DNA of 7,815 bases from a virus (lineage: Duplodnaviria; Heunggongvirae; Uroviricota; Caudoviricetes). The stretch lies in the IMG/VR virus record IMGVR_UViG_2690316227_000004, one strand, 5' to 3'. A program made the position numbers and the translations under genes. Below, one piece after another: positions 1 through 6,754 of this stretch. The number at the start of each line of letters is the position of its first letter. Position 1 is the stretch's first letter. The notes under the pieces were generated by a model. It was not told the origin of the DNA. It saw nothing but the letters and a program-made list of their open reading frames with translations, and did no database searches.

Positions 1-608
1 ACACCGGCCTGCGCCAGATGACCGGCATAGCTGACATGGCTCATCATCACGCCAATGGAGCCGATACGGGATGTCTGGGTAACCAGCCGTCGGGAGCAGG
101 CCGACGCCAGCAGCATGGCTGCAGAACAGGCCGTGTCATTGCACAGTGCCCAGACCGGCTTCTGCTGACGGAGGCGGTAAATCATGTCAGCGCAGTCAAA
201 CGCGCCGGCGGCCTGCCCGCCCGGACTGTCAATGTCCAGCAGTACGCCCCGCACCTGGCTATCCGCCATTGCCTGCTGAAGACAGGCGACAATGCCGTCA
301 TAGCCTGTCATTCCGGAAAATGGCCGCATACCCCCCAGCCGGTGCACCAGCGTGCCGGTCACCGGCAGTACAGCAATACCGTTCACCACCCGGTAAACAC
401 GGGCCGGTCGTTTACCTCCGGCCATGTACTCGTCCGTTTCAGCCAGCATTCCGGGAGCATCAAGCTGTACCTGCTGCTGTGGTACCGAAAGACTTGCTGC
501 CCCCATCTCGCGCCCGAGCGCGCAAAAGAAAACCCGCGCATAGGCGGGCTCCAGAAGCAGCGGTTCATTGAATGCTGCGGCAATAATGTGTGAAAGATTA
601 CGTCTCAC
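1..608 (-). CDS. C: Head maturation protease / minor capsid protein C (lambda gpC-like), 5' portion only; gene continues past the left edge
   Basis: Minus-strand frame translates from 608 downward as (GTG)RRNLSHIIAAAFNEPLLLEPAYARVFFCALGREMGAAS..., collinear with the lambda gpC N-terminus (..LRNLPHIASMAFNEPLMLEPAYARVFFCALAGQLG.. as recalled). No in-frame ATG exists between the upstream stop (645-647) and the conserved region, so GTG at 606-608 is the proposed start; it overlaps the end of B as in lambda. The + strand ORFs 18..593 and 146..571 are antisense artefacts. Confidence 0.8.
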   Translation of the reverse strand, partial: MRRNLSHIIAAAFNEPLLLEPAYARVFFCALGREMGAASLSVPQQQVQLDAPGMLAETDEYMAGGKRPARVYRVVNGIAVLPVTGTLVHRLGGMRPFSGMTGYDGIVACLQQAMADSQVRGVLLDIDSPGGQAAGAFDCADMIYRLRQQKPVWALCNDTACSAAMLLASACSRRLVTQTSRIGSIGVMMSHVSYAGHLAQAG

Positions 609-2190
609 GGGGTGTTGTCTCCTCTTCCGGCCTGCGACTCTCCGCTATCTGCTGCTGATACGCCTGCGCTATCCACACCGGACGTGAGAGTCCGGCTTTT
701 TGCCGCTCTGCAGATTCCCTGACCTGCTGGCGGAAAATGTCCTGATAATCCTCGCCCATCAGCGCCAGCTCTTTCTCATACGTGCTCAGTCCGGCCTCAA
801 TGCGCATCACCGATTCCTGAACCTCCTTGAGCCCGTCAATGGCCATTCTTCCGGCACCAATCCACTCTGCCCGTGACCAGGCTGATCGCGCCTGATAAAA
901 ATCAAAACGCGCCCGTGGCGGACGGATAATCCCCCGAAGAAGTGCCTCTTCCAGCCAGCAGGAAAACATCTGCGTGGCCAGCCGGGCCGCAATAAATTTT
1001 CGCCGCCCCATAAAATAGCGCCACGACTCATTGGCAGAGGCCCTGGCACTTGAATAACTGACCTTCGAGTAATCACGGGACAACTGTTCGTAGGAAACGC
1101 CAAGACCGGCGGCGATATACCGCAGCAGCGCCTGTTCAAGCGCCGAAAATCCATTGTCTGAATCCTGCGCAGTCTGTAGTTTCAGATCATCCCCGGGGAA
1201 AAGGTGCGGAATTTTGACACCACCCAGCGTCACGTTATTCGTGTCATACCAGCTGGAGAACTTCTCCAGAATATTAATAAGCGGATTATCCTTCTGCCCC
1301 TGCGGCGCACCGGCGATATATTCAAAGGCCTTTTCGGTATCAAGGTCACTTTCAATCGTCGCTGCATACATGGCTTTCACAATGGCCGACTGAAGCTGTG
1401 TTGCCTGCAGGGAATCGAGCATCTTCAGCCGTTCCATGACGCTGTAAAACTGGTTGGCCCCACGGGTCTGCCCGTCCTCCACCGGCTCGAAAATATGCAG
1501 CATGGCCGGACGCCCGGTGGGAAGTTCACGCGGGATCCGTTCCCATCGTCCACTCCCGGAGAACGGAAAATCATCCTCACAGATATGGTACGCAACGGCA
1601 CGGCCATATCGATCGACCTCCACCCCGGCCCGCAGAAAACGGTTCCCCATACCGTGTCCTGGCGTGTCCACCCGTTTCGGACTCACGGCTTTAAAACGCG
1701 TACGGAATAACTGCGTGGTTTCCGTATCCCAGACCGGCTGCACAAAGATTTCGCCGTTAAACGCATGAACGCCAACACCTTCACGGATAAACTCCGTAAA
1801 TGTGCGTTTTCCTTCCACGTCGATCTCGCCAGACATCCCTTCTGCGTATTCCGACCAGGCCGCCTCCACCTCATCGACAAAGCTTTTTGCTGCGGTCTCC
1901 CGCATCCCCAGCCAGCGCCAGTTCGGACGGTAGCTGATCAGAAACATATGCCCGACAATGTGATCCTTATGCAGTGCCACCGCATTGGCCGCTATTCCGT
2001 TATTGCGCACCAGATCATCTGCCCGGGCATTCCCCAGACGCAACGCGGGCAGCAGGGCCGCATCGACACTCTGCGCCGGTGGCAACCACTCCGCCATTTG
2101 CCCGCCAAATCCTGCGCCGCCCCCGTTGTAGCTGAGACTCTCACGAAGCGGAACGCCGTTCACATCAATCAGGACAGGCGTTCGTTTCAT
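598..2190 (-). CDS. B: Portal protein (lambda gpB-like), 530 aa
   Basis: Full ORF with ATG at 2188-2190. Contains GGGAGFGGQ...SVDAALLP...GNARADDLVRNNG..A.NA..LH.DHIVG, matching the lambda gpB N-terminal region. Size and position (after W, before C) fit the lambda head-gene order. Confidence 0.93.
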   Translation of the reverse strand: MKRTPVLIDVNGVPLRESLSYNGGGAGFGGQMAEWLPPAQSVDAALLPALRLGNARADDLVRNNGIAANAVALHKDHIVGHMFLISYRPNWRWLGMRETAAKSFVDEVEAAWSEYAEGMSGEIDVEGKRTFTEFIREGVGVHAFNGEIFVQPVWDTETTQLFRTRFKAVSPKRVDTPGHGMGNRFLRAGVEVDRYGRAVAYHICEDDFPFSGSGRWERIPRELPTGRPAMLHIFEPVEDGQTRGANQFYSVMERLKMLDSLQATQLQSAIVKAMYAATIESDLDTEKAFEYIAGAPQGQKDNPLINILEKFSSWYDTNNVTLGGVKIPHLFPGDDLKLQTAQDSDNGFSALEQALLRYIAAGLGVSYEQLSRDYSKVSYSSARASANESWRYFMGRRKFIAARLATQMFSCWLEEALLRGIIRPPRARFDFYQARSAWSRAEWIGAGRMAIDGLKEVQESVMRIEAGLSTYEKELALMGEDYQDIFRQQVRESAERQKAGLSRPVWIAQAYQQQIAESRRPEEETTPRET

Positions 2191-2393
2191 AACCTCACTC
2201 CCAGCGGACGACGGCGACGTCGGGTTGTCCCCAGTACCGACTCCGCATCATTGATCGCCCGGTTAAGCTCATCCAGAGAAGCCGCCGTATATTCAATTCT
2301 GCGACCATCTTTCTGGACAGACACCACCCGTTTACCGGTTAATAAATCAAGGCGCGCCTGACGCAGCGCCTGCAGTTCAGCGACTGTAACCAT
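2187..2393 (-). CDS. W: Head-tail connector / head completion protein W (lambda gpW-like), 68 aa
   Basis: 68-aa ORF MVTVAELQALRQARLDLLTGKRVVSVQKDGRRIEYTAASL... resembles lambda gpW (..[21 protein letters not shown]..) and has the same length. Its stop TGA overlaps the B start (ATGA), and its start lies within the 3' end of A. Confidence 0.9.
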   Translation of the reverse strand: MVTVAELQALRQARLDLLTGKRVVSVQKDGRRIEYTAASLDELNRAINDAESVLGTTRRRRRPLGVRL

Positions 2394-4305
2394 TCACTCC
2401 TCCGGACAGCTTCGCTGCCAGTTCTTTCAGGGTTGGCCGGGTCGTCTCTTCTTCCCGGGATTTTGCCAGTACAGCCAGATCAAGCTGCCAGCGTTGCACG
2501 GACACACGTAATGCCGCGTAGGCATACACCAGGCAGTCCAGCGCTTCGTTACGCCGCTTTTTGTTATCCCACAGCAGACGCATCTTTCCTTTTTCCCACT
2601 TCTCCACCAGCTCTTCCGCCACCAGTTGCTGCGCCTCTGTCTGCGAAAAAATCTCCGGATCATCAGGAAAACGGATGGCATACGACGTGGCTTCATCCGC
2701 AGGCGAGGGATCGGCTTTCATACGGGCATAGAGAATTTCTTTTGCGGTGTCCGTTCCCACTTCACACAGATACACGCCCCGCTGATTGCGGGTTTTTGGC
2801 ATGGTGATCACCGGCTTGCCATAGACAGATGCGCCTTTTACCGGCAGCACCCGGAAAACACCGTGTTTTTTTGATCTCTGATAAACAATTTCACCATCGA
2901 TCCCCCCGGTGTCCCAGCAGACACGGGAAATAGTCATTTCGGTGCCATCCGCATGGCGGTATTTTTTGTTGATCGCCGCATCCACACGTAACAGCGTCTC
3001 TTCCTCATCAGGACGCCCCATAATGATGATTTTATCCACCAGAAAGGCTTCCTCTCCCGGAGCCCATCCCCAGACATACATCTCAAAACGGTTTCGCTGC
3101 GAGTCAATGCCCGCCGTCAGATAAACCACCCGGGCAGGCACCGCCGCCGTGTAACGCACCACCTTATCCATCAGTACCTGGTGATCGAGTTTTTCGCCCA
3201 CGGCCTCTTCCCAGGTCTCGCCCAGCGTGGTGTTCACAAAGGTTTTCAGGCCGTTGGGATCTTTCAGTGCATCCAGCCAGTCATAGACAATCTGTACCCA
3301 GGTGGTGAACGGACTGTACGCCGTCCAGATATGGAACGTGATGGAGCGCGGCGGCGGAATTTCATCACCCCGGGCGCTGAAAAACGTCAGACCGTCACGG
3401 GTCCACATGCCCGTGTTTTCACAGATCCACCGCCCGTTGCTCTGGTCCAGTTCAGACTGATGGATCACGCAGCCATGATGTTCACAGAGGTAGAAAACAC
3501 TTTCAGGGCTGTCCTTCTCCCATTTAAGCCCAAAAGGCGTGGACTCATCGCCAAATTTCAGATACTGCTCCTCCCCACAGTGCGGGCAGGGCACATAAAA
3601 ACGCATAAAATGCGCCGACTCGTTAGCGGCTTTTTCGATCTGGCAGGTGCCTTTGATTTTAGGCGTCGAGCCGCGAATGGATTTTGGCCACACCGACCCC
3701 TCAATACGCTTATCCCCCAGCAGGGTTGGCGAGCCCTCTTTTTCGACATCCGGCTCGAACGAGGAAAGTTCGTCATAGCAGACCACGTCCACGGATTTTT
3801 CACGGTAGTTTTTGGCGGCAGCGCCGCCCAGGCACCAGAAACCGACGCCCGATGAAAAGCGTTTCAGCGTGAGAGTATTGTCACGATGTTTACGACCCAG
3901 CCATGGGGAAAGGTCTTTCAGGCATGGCACGTTCCGAATCGTCGCCTCCACGTGAGACTTCATAAAATCTTCAGCGGCAGAATCCGTGGGCTGAAAAAGC
4001 AGACTGTTTCGGGATTTATGCTCAATAAAATACCCGACCACCCCCAGCAACATCTTTGTATAGCCAACACGGGCAGATTTAATCAGATTAACAGTGCGGA
4101 TCTGATCATTCCCCATGCTGTTCATGATGGCGATCTGGAATGGCAGCGTTTTCCATTCGCCCTCACCATATGAAGATTCTTTAGGCAGATAATAATTTTG
4201 ATCAGCCCATTCAACTGGCGTCACCGGCAATGCCCTTATCAGGGGCTGTAATGCAGTTGTGACAGCGCTCATCATATTATTCAGTTGTTGCTCTGATATA
4301 TTCAT
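2377..4305 (-). CDS. A: Terminase large subunit (lambda gpA-like), 642 aa from ATG at 4303-4305
   Basis: Long collinear similarity to lambda gpA (VEWAD.NYYLPKES.Y.EG.W.TLPFQ.AIMN.MG.D.IR.VN..KSARVGY.KMLLGV..YFIEHK..., CPHCGEEQYLKFGD, WDTGGID, KRRNEALDC.VYA.AALR). The track ORF starts at a TTG 19 codons upstream (4360-4362); the first ATG (MNISEQQ..) aligns with the lambda gpA N-terminus (MNISNSQ..), so it is taken as the start. Overlaps the end of Nu1 as in lambda. Confidence 0.93.
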   Translation of the reverse strand: MNISEQQLNNMMSAVTTALQPLIRALPVTPVEWADQNYYLPKESSYGEGEWKTLPFQIAIMNSMGNDQIRTVNLIKSARVGYTKMLLGVVGYFIEHKSRNSLLFQPTDSAAEDFMKSHVEATIRNVPCLKDLSPWLGRKHRDNTLTLKRFSSGVGFWCLGGAAAKNYREKSVDVVCYDELSSFEPDVEKEGSPTLLGDKRIEGSVWPKSIRGSTPKIKGTCQIEKAANESAHFMRFYVPCPHCGEEQYLKFGDESTPFGLKWEKDSPESVFYLCEHHGCVIHQSELDQSNGRWICENTGMWTRDGLTFFSARGDEIPPPRSITFHIWTAYSPFTTWVQIVYDWLDALKDPNGLKTFVNTTLGETWEEAVGEKLDHQVLMDKVVRYTAAVPARVVYLTAGIDSQRNRFEMYVWGWAPGEEAFLVDKIIIMGRPDEEETLLRVDAAINKKYRHADGTEMTISRVCWDTGGIDGEIVYQRSKKHGVFRVLPVKGASVYGKPVITMPKTRNQRGVYLCEVGTDTAKEILYARMKADPSPADEATSYAIRFPDDPEIFSQTEAQQLVAEELVEKWEKGKMRLLWDNKKRRNEALDCLVYAYAALRVSVQRWQLDLAVLAKSREEETTRPTLKELAAKLSGGVNGYSR

Positions 4306-4783
4306 CAAGTAAATCCGGTAATTTATCCCCTGCCCGCGCACACTGATTTGCCCCCTTAGCAATAAGGGTTTTCAGATGGTCAAGATGGCGCGGTGTTAAA
4401 TCAGGAAACTGTCGCTGCATGGATAAAGGGATGGAATCAAGCGTACTGGATAACGCCATTGCCAGCTTACTGAGGGCAAAAATACAGAATCCGGTGTCAA
4501 TAAGCTTACCTTCGGTTACCTGATTTTTAAGTTTTTGAGCTACGGCCTGTTCTTCTGTCAGTTCAGCTCTGGCCCGAAGCAGCCTTTCCTCCAGATCGCC
4601 CTCGTCATCAGGTATTCTCTGATTGTGTTGTCGCCGCTCGCGATCTATCTCCAGTACAGTTTTAACGTCATAAAAAACTTCCCTCCCCCGACGCTCAACA
4701 GGAGGAACGCCCCATTTATCAAATGCCTGAACAGATATACCGATGGAGGAGGCCATATCACTTTTATTCAATAAAAAGGCCAT
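4277..4783 (-). CDS. Nu1: Terminase small subunit (lambda Nu1 / phage 21 gp1-like), 168 aa from ATG at 4781-4783
   Basis: MAFLLNKSDMASSIGISVQAFDKWGVPPVERRGREVFYD..V aligns residue-for-residue with the lambda Nu1 N-terminal winged-HTH region (MEVNKKQLADIFGASIRTIQNWQEQGMPVLRGGGKGNEVLYD). The C-terminal region (FCIFALS...PLSMQRQFPDLTPRHLDHLK) matches the lambda Nu1 C-terminus. GGAGAGGAG lies just upstream of the chosen ATG. The track ORF begins 35 codons upstream at ATG 4886-4888, but that stretch is AT-rich, lacks an SD and overlaps the cosB repeats. Confidence 0.85.
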   Translation of the reverse strand: MAFLLNKSDMASSIGISVQAFDKWGVPPVERRGREVFYDVKTVLEIDRERRQHNQRIPDDEGDLEERLLRARAELTEEQAVAQKLKNQVTEGKLIDTGFCIFALSKLAMALSSTLDSIPLSMQRQFPDLTPRHLDHLKTLIAKGANQCARAGDKLPDLLDEYIRATTE

Positions 4784-4810
4784 CTCCTCTCCATAAGCCA
4801 TCGATAAAAA

Positions 4811-4964
4811 GCGATACAACAACCATGTGTTTTTACAAAACCATTTGATATCATTTACATTTTTCGCATTGACGACATCAAAACACATCGTAAGGTTGTT
4901 GTATTTATTTTATTTTCACCTTACTTATCAATTAGATATACCAAACAATTAAACAACAACTCCC
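4811..4964 (-). promoter_or_regulatory. cosB-like terminase small-subunit binding region: three copies of an ACAACAAC-type element (R3/R2/R1-like) with an AT-rich spacer
   Basis: Between cosN and the Nu1 start there are three related elements: + strand 4942-4962 (caaacaattaaacaacaac), 4894-4903 (ggttgttgta, inverted) and 4814-4824 (atacaacaacc). Sites 2 and 3 belong to a longer imperfect inverted repeat (4814-4835 vs 4880-4906). The two-direct-plus-one-inverted layout, the AT-rich stretch 4904-4950 and the spacing to cosN and Nu1 mirror lambda cosB (R3-I1-R2-R1), though the motif is not lambda's. Confidence 0.55.
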
Positions 4965-4993
4965 CCTCAAAAAATCTCATAAATAGCGAAAAC

Positions 4994-5015
4994 CCGCGAG
5001 GTCGCCGCCCCGTAA
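4994..5015 (-). other. cosN nicking site; 12-nt cohesive end GGGCGGCGACCT (minus strand) at 4999-5010
   Basis: The reverse complement of 4981-5010 is GGGCGGCGACCTCGCGGGTTTTCGCTATTT, identical to the lambda left cohesive end and its first bases as recalled. The adjacent bases on the other side (reverse complement of 5011-5040, GGGTCCTTTCCGGCGATCCGGGCCGTTACG) closely match the lambda right end (GGGTCCTTTCCGGTGATCCGACAGGTTACG). Confidence 0.9.
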
Positions 5016-5070
5016 CGGCCCGGATCGCCGGAAAGGACCCGCTAAAATGATAATGGTTATCAGTTGCAGC
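5016..5070 (-). other. Conserved genome right-end segment upstream of cosN (expected to contain cosQ)
   Basis: Minus strand reads ..GATAACCATTATCATTTTAGCGGGTCCTTTCCGGCGATCCGGGCCGTTACG, resembling the lambda right end ..GATAATCATTATCACTTTACGGGTCCTTTCCGGTGATCCGACAGGTTACG. The exact cosQ boundaries were not determined. Confidence 0.5.
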
Positions 5071-5332
5071 AAATCCAGTTTCTTCCACCATCGCACCGGA
5101 CCAGCGACCATGAGGGGACAACGCCGCGCTCCGTTTACGCGGTAAACCCCGGTGTGTATCGTTTTTGATTATCCCCGCACACTCGCGCAGAGGAGTCTCC
5201 CTGTCGGGCTGCGGTCTCTGTTAATGAGGGAATACAGCGACGATACAGCGCATGATGTGTCAGGCTTGAATACCTTTATCCGTTAAAAGGGATATCAGTT
5301 AAGTTATCCCGTGTAGGGTATAAGCCATTATC

Positions 5333-5355
5333 AAGCCCACCAGTAGATGGGCTTT
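5333..5355. other. Stem-loop (7-bp stem, 8-nt loop) just downstream of the 85-aa ORF stop; possible weak terminator
   Basis: aagccca(5333-5339) / tgggctt(5348-5354) form a perfect 7-bp stem. No strong U-tract follows on the minus strand (GAUAAUGG); only a short T run follows on the + strand. Function is uncertain. Confidence 0.25.
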
Positions 5356-5362
5356 GTAATGG

Positions 5363-5620
5363 CTACTTCGCTTTTGCTTCCGCTCGCTTACGCCGGCGCT
5401 CTTCTTTCCTCTCGGCTTTTGCCATGTCCATGAATGCCTGCATGATCGAGTTCCGCATCATGTAGCTAACAAAGTGATGATTGACACAGCCGTTGAGGCG
5501 CAGCTGCTCGCCAAACTCATCCACCGAGGCCAATGCTTCCATCATACCCTTCTCGCCTTTCATGAACTCTGAGAAGTCGCGCCCCGCTCTGGAGGCGCAT
5601 TCAATGACACGATCACTCAT
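5363..5620 (-). CDS. Hypothetical small protein (85 aa) with a highly basic Lys/Arg/Glu-rich C-terminal tail; translationally coupled to the upstream KilA-N-like gene
   Basis: ORF with ATG at 5618-5620 overlapping the upstream gene's stop (ATGA). The C-terminus is AKAERKEERRRKRAEAKAK. No family recognised from memory. The coding call rests on the coupling and on its position in an otherwise gene-dense phage segment. Confidence 0.6.
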   Translation of the reverse strand: MSDRVIECASRAGRDFSEFMKGEKGMMEALASVDEFGEQLRLNGCVNHHFVSYMMRNSIMQAFMDMAKAERKEERRRKRAEAKAK

Positions 5621-6114
5621 CCCGGAAGCCCGGGGATCGAAATCTGCAACTGGTTAGCCAGGGAGTTAATTTCAGCGATCAAACCAGGTTTCGTGTAGCG
5701 CCATGCCGCGAGGCCTTGTCCACAGAAGCTCGCCATGTCTTTTTTCTGATCAAACTCATGACATTTCATGTTGAGCTGCGCACTTAAGCTGTTCCGATGA
5801 TGAAGCTCTCCGGTGAAGTAATCATCGAGGACTTTATAGGCTGCATATTTAAATCCGGGGTTTAGCCATGCTGCGTAATCATAAGCAACGAACTTTCCGC
5901 CATAAGTTCCACCGTGCGCACCGCGTTCCGTAAAAACCACAGATTCGTGGTTTTTCTCCAGCTCAGCCAAGAACTCTTTGGTCTGCTTGTTTCGCAGGTA
6001 GTGGTACGGAGATTCAGATTCACTTTTACCACTGGCTTTCCACATATCAGTGAGGCAGATCATGCCATCTTCACCGATACGGATTGGTTGATTGAAGAGG
6101 GTTAATGATTTCAT
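5617..6114 (-). CDS. KilA-N-like domain protein (putative DNA-binding accessory/moron protein), 165 aa
   Basis: ATG at 6112-6114. The N-terminal region IRIGEDGMICLTDMWKASGK....YLRNKQTKEFLAEL...GG.GTYG..FVAYDYAAWLNPGFKYAAYKVLDDY fits the pattern I recall for KilA-N/APSES-type domains. The assignment is from memory, not a search. Confidence 0.6.
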   Translation of the reverse strand: MKSLTLFNQPIRIGEDGMICLTDMWKASGKSESESPYHYLRNKQTKEFLAELEKNHESVVFTERGAHGGTYGGKFVAYDYAAWLNPGFKYAAYKVLDDYFTGELHHRNSLSAQLNMKCHEFDQKKDMASFCGQGLAAWRYTKPGLIAEINSLANQLQISIPGLPG

Positions 6115-6229
6115 AGCGTGTACCTACTCTTTGAAATGAACCTTTGCCGCACAGGAAACCAGCCCACCGAGGCTCGCCAGCACTAACTGGTATCCTCAAA
6201 GGCCCATTCCAAAGGGGCAGGTTCGGTGT

Positions 6230-6254
6230 AAAAAACATGCGTTGCGGTACGCAT
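6230..6254 (-). terminator. Rho-independent terminator (distal of a tandem pair downstream of Rz)
   Basis: Minus-strand RNA AUGCGU-ACCGCA-ACGCAU (perfect 6-bp stem, 6-nt loop) followed by G then UUUUUU (+ strand A-run 6230-6235). Confidence 0.55.
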
Positions 6255-6261
6255 TTATTGC

Positions 6262-6285
6262 AAAAAGCCCCGCATCGCGAGGCTC
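6262..6285 (-). terminator. Rho-independent terminator (proximal of a tandem pair downstream of Rz)
   Basis: Minus-strand RNA AGCCUCGC-GAU-GCGGGGCU (7-8 bp GC-rich stem with one G-U pair) followed by UUUUU, about 30 nt after the Rz stop. Confidence 0.6.
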
Positions 6286-6316
6286 ATTAAATGGACTTTG
6301 TGATTTGCAAAAAAAA

Positions 6317-6754
6317 TTATTTCAGGCATTGCGTCCTGATGTACTCCTGCAGGTAGTTAACCTGCGCGGTTATCTTGTCGATTCCACCTCGGAGACGGTA
6401 ATAATTGAGTTCAGCATCTGCTGTAAGTCCTGGGCTTTCTCCATCGCCCATGCTGCTGGCTCCGGTCGTTGACTTTGCACAGGTGGCGGAGACTTGCAGG
6501 CGCTTACGCCCAGCAGAAACATCAGCACGGAGACTTTCGATAGTCGCATTAGCATCAGCAAGCTCCTTTGTGTATCTGGCGTCAAGTTCTGCTACATCAC
6601 GTTGCCGCTTCTGCATATCAGCGATGATGGATGTGGCTTTATCGCGCTGCTCTTTGTAGGCGATGGCGTTATCACGGTAATGATTAACAGCCCATGAAAG
6701 GCAGACGATGAGGCAGATGACCAGAACGTAGATAATCGCGGTTACTCTGCTCAT
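6317..6754 (-). CDS. Rz: Spanin inner-membrane subunit (i-spanin, lambda Rz-like), 145 aa from ATG at 6752-6754
   Basis: [39 protein letters not shown]... is nearly identical at the N-terminus to lambda Rz ([39 protein letters not shown]) and shares YTKELADA and a C-terminal QC. The track ORF begins 4 codons upstream at GTG; the ATG overlapping the endolysin stop (ATGA) is preferred. Confidence 0.92.
   Translation of the reverse strand: MSRVTAIIYVLVICLIVCLSWAVNHYRDNAIAYKEQRDKATSIIADMQKRQRDVAELDARYTKELADANATIESLRADVSAGRKRLQVSATCAKSTTGASSMGDGESPGLTADAELNYYRLRGGIDKITAQVNYLQEYIRTQCLK
6370..6555 (-). CDS. Rz1: Spanin outer-membrane lipoprotein subunit (o-spanin, Rz1-like), 61 aa, fully embedded in Rz in the +1 frame
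   Basis: [20 protein letters not shown]|[16 protein letters not shown]... has a signal peptide, a lipobox (VSAC) and a Pro-rich mature region, as in lambda Rz1. AAGGAG lies 7 nt upstream of ATG 6553-6555. The track ORF start at 6583-6585 is a TTG. Confidence 0.8.
   Translation of the reverse strand: MLMRLSKVSVLMFLLGVSACKSPPPVQSQRPEPAAWAMEKAQDLQQMLNSIITVSEVESTR

Noticed and set aside
18-593. 191-aa + strand ORF (and the nested 146..571 ORF) at the left edge
   Set aside because: It lies antisense to the minus-strand frame that aligns well with the lambda gpC N-terminus. Long antisense ORFs are expected in GC-rich coding DNA.
1204-2361. + strand ORFs 1204..1710, 1454..1768 and 1765..2361
   Set aside because: They are antisense to the portal gene, which has strong lambda gpB similarity, and show no recognisable motifs.
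2433-4173. + strand ORFs 2433..2807, 2626..2874, 2909..3124, 3181..3855, 3684..3872 and 3886..4173, and minus-strand ORFs 2427..2696 and 3558..3803
   Set aside because: All are within, and out of frame with or antisense to, the terminase large subunit gene. Their compositions (Arg/Pro-rich, low complexity) are typical of shadow ORFs.
4306-4362. 19-codon N-terminal extension of the terminase large subunit ORF
   Set aside because: It starts at a TTG. The first ATG (4303-4305) aligns with the lambda gpA N-terminus and lies right after the Nu1 stop, as in lambda.
4921-5121. 66-aa minus-strand ORF spanning cosN
   Set aside because: It runs straight across the cohesive-end site and the conserved cos flanks, has no SD, and cannot be a gene in a linear virion genome.
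6242-6697. + strand ORFs 6242..6472, 6405..6659 and 6494..6697
   Set aside because: They are antisense to Rz/Rz1 and overlap the tandem terminators; no support.
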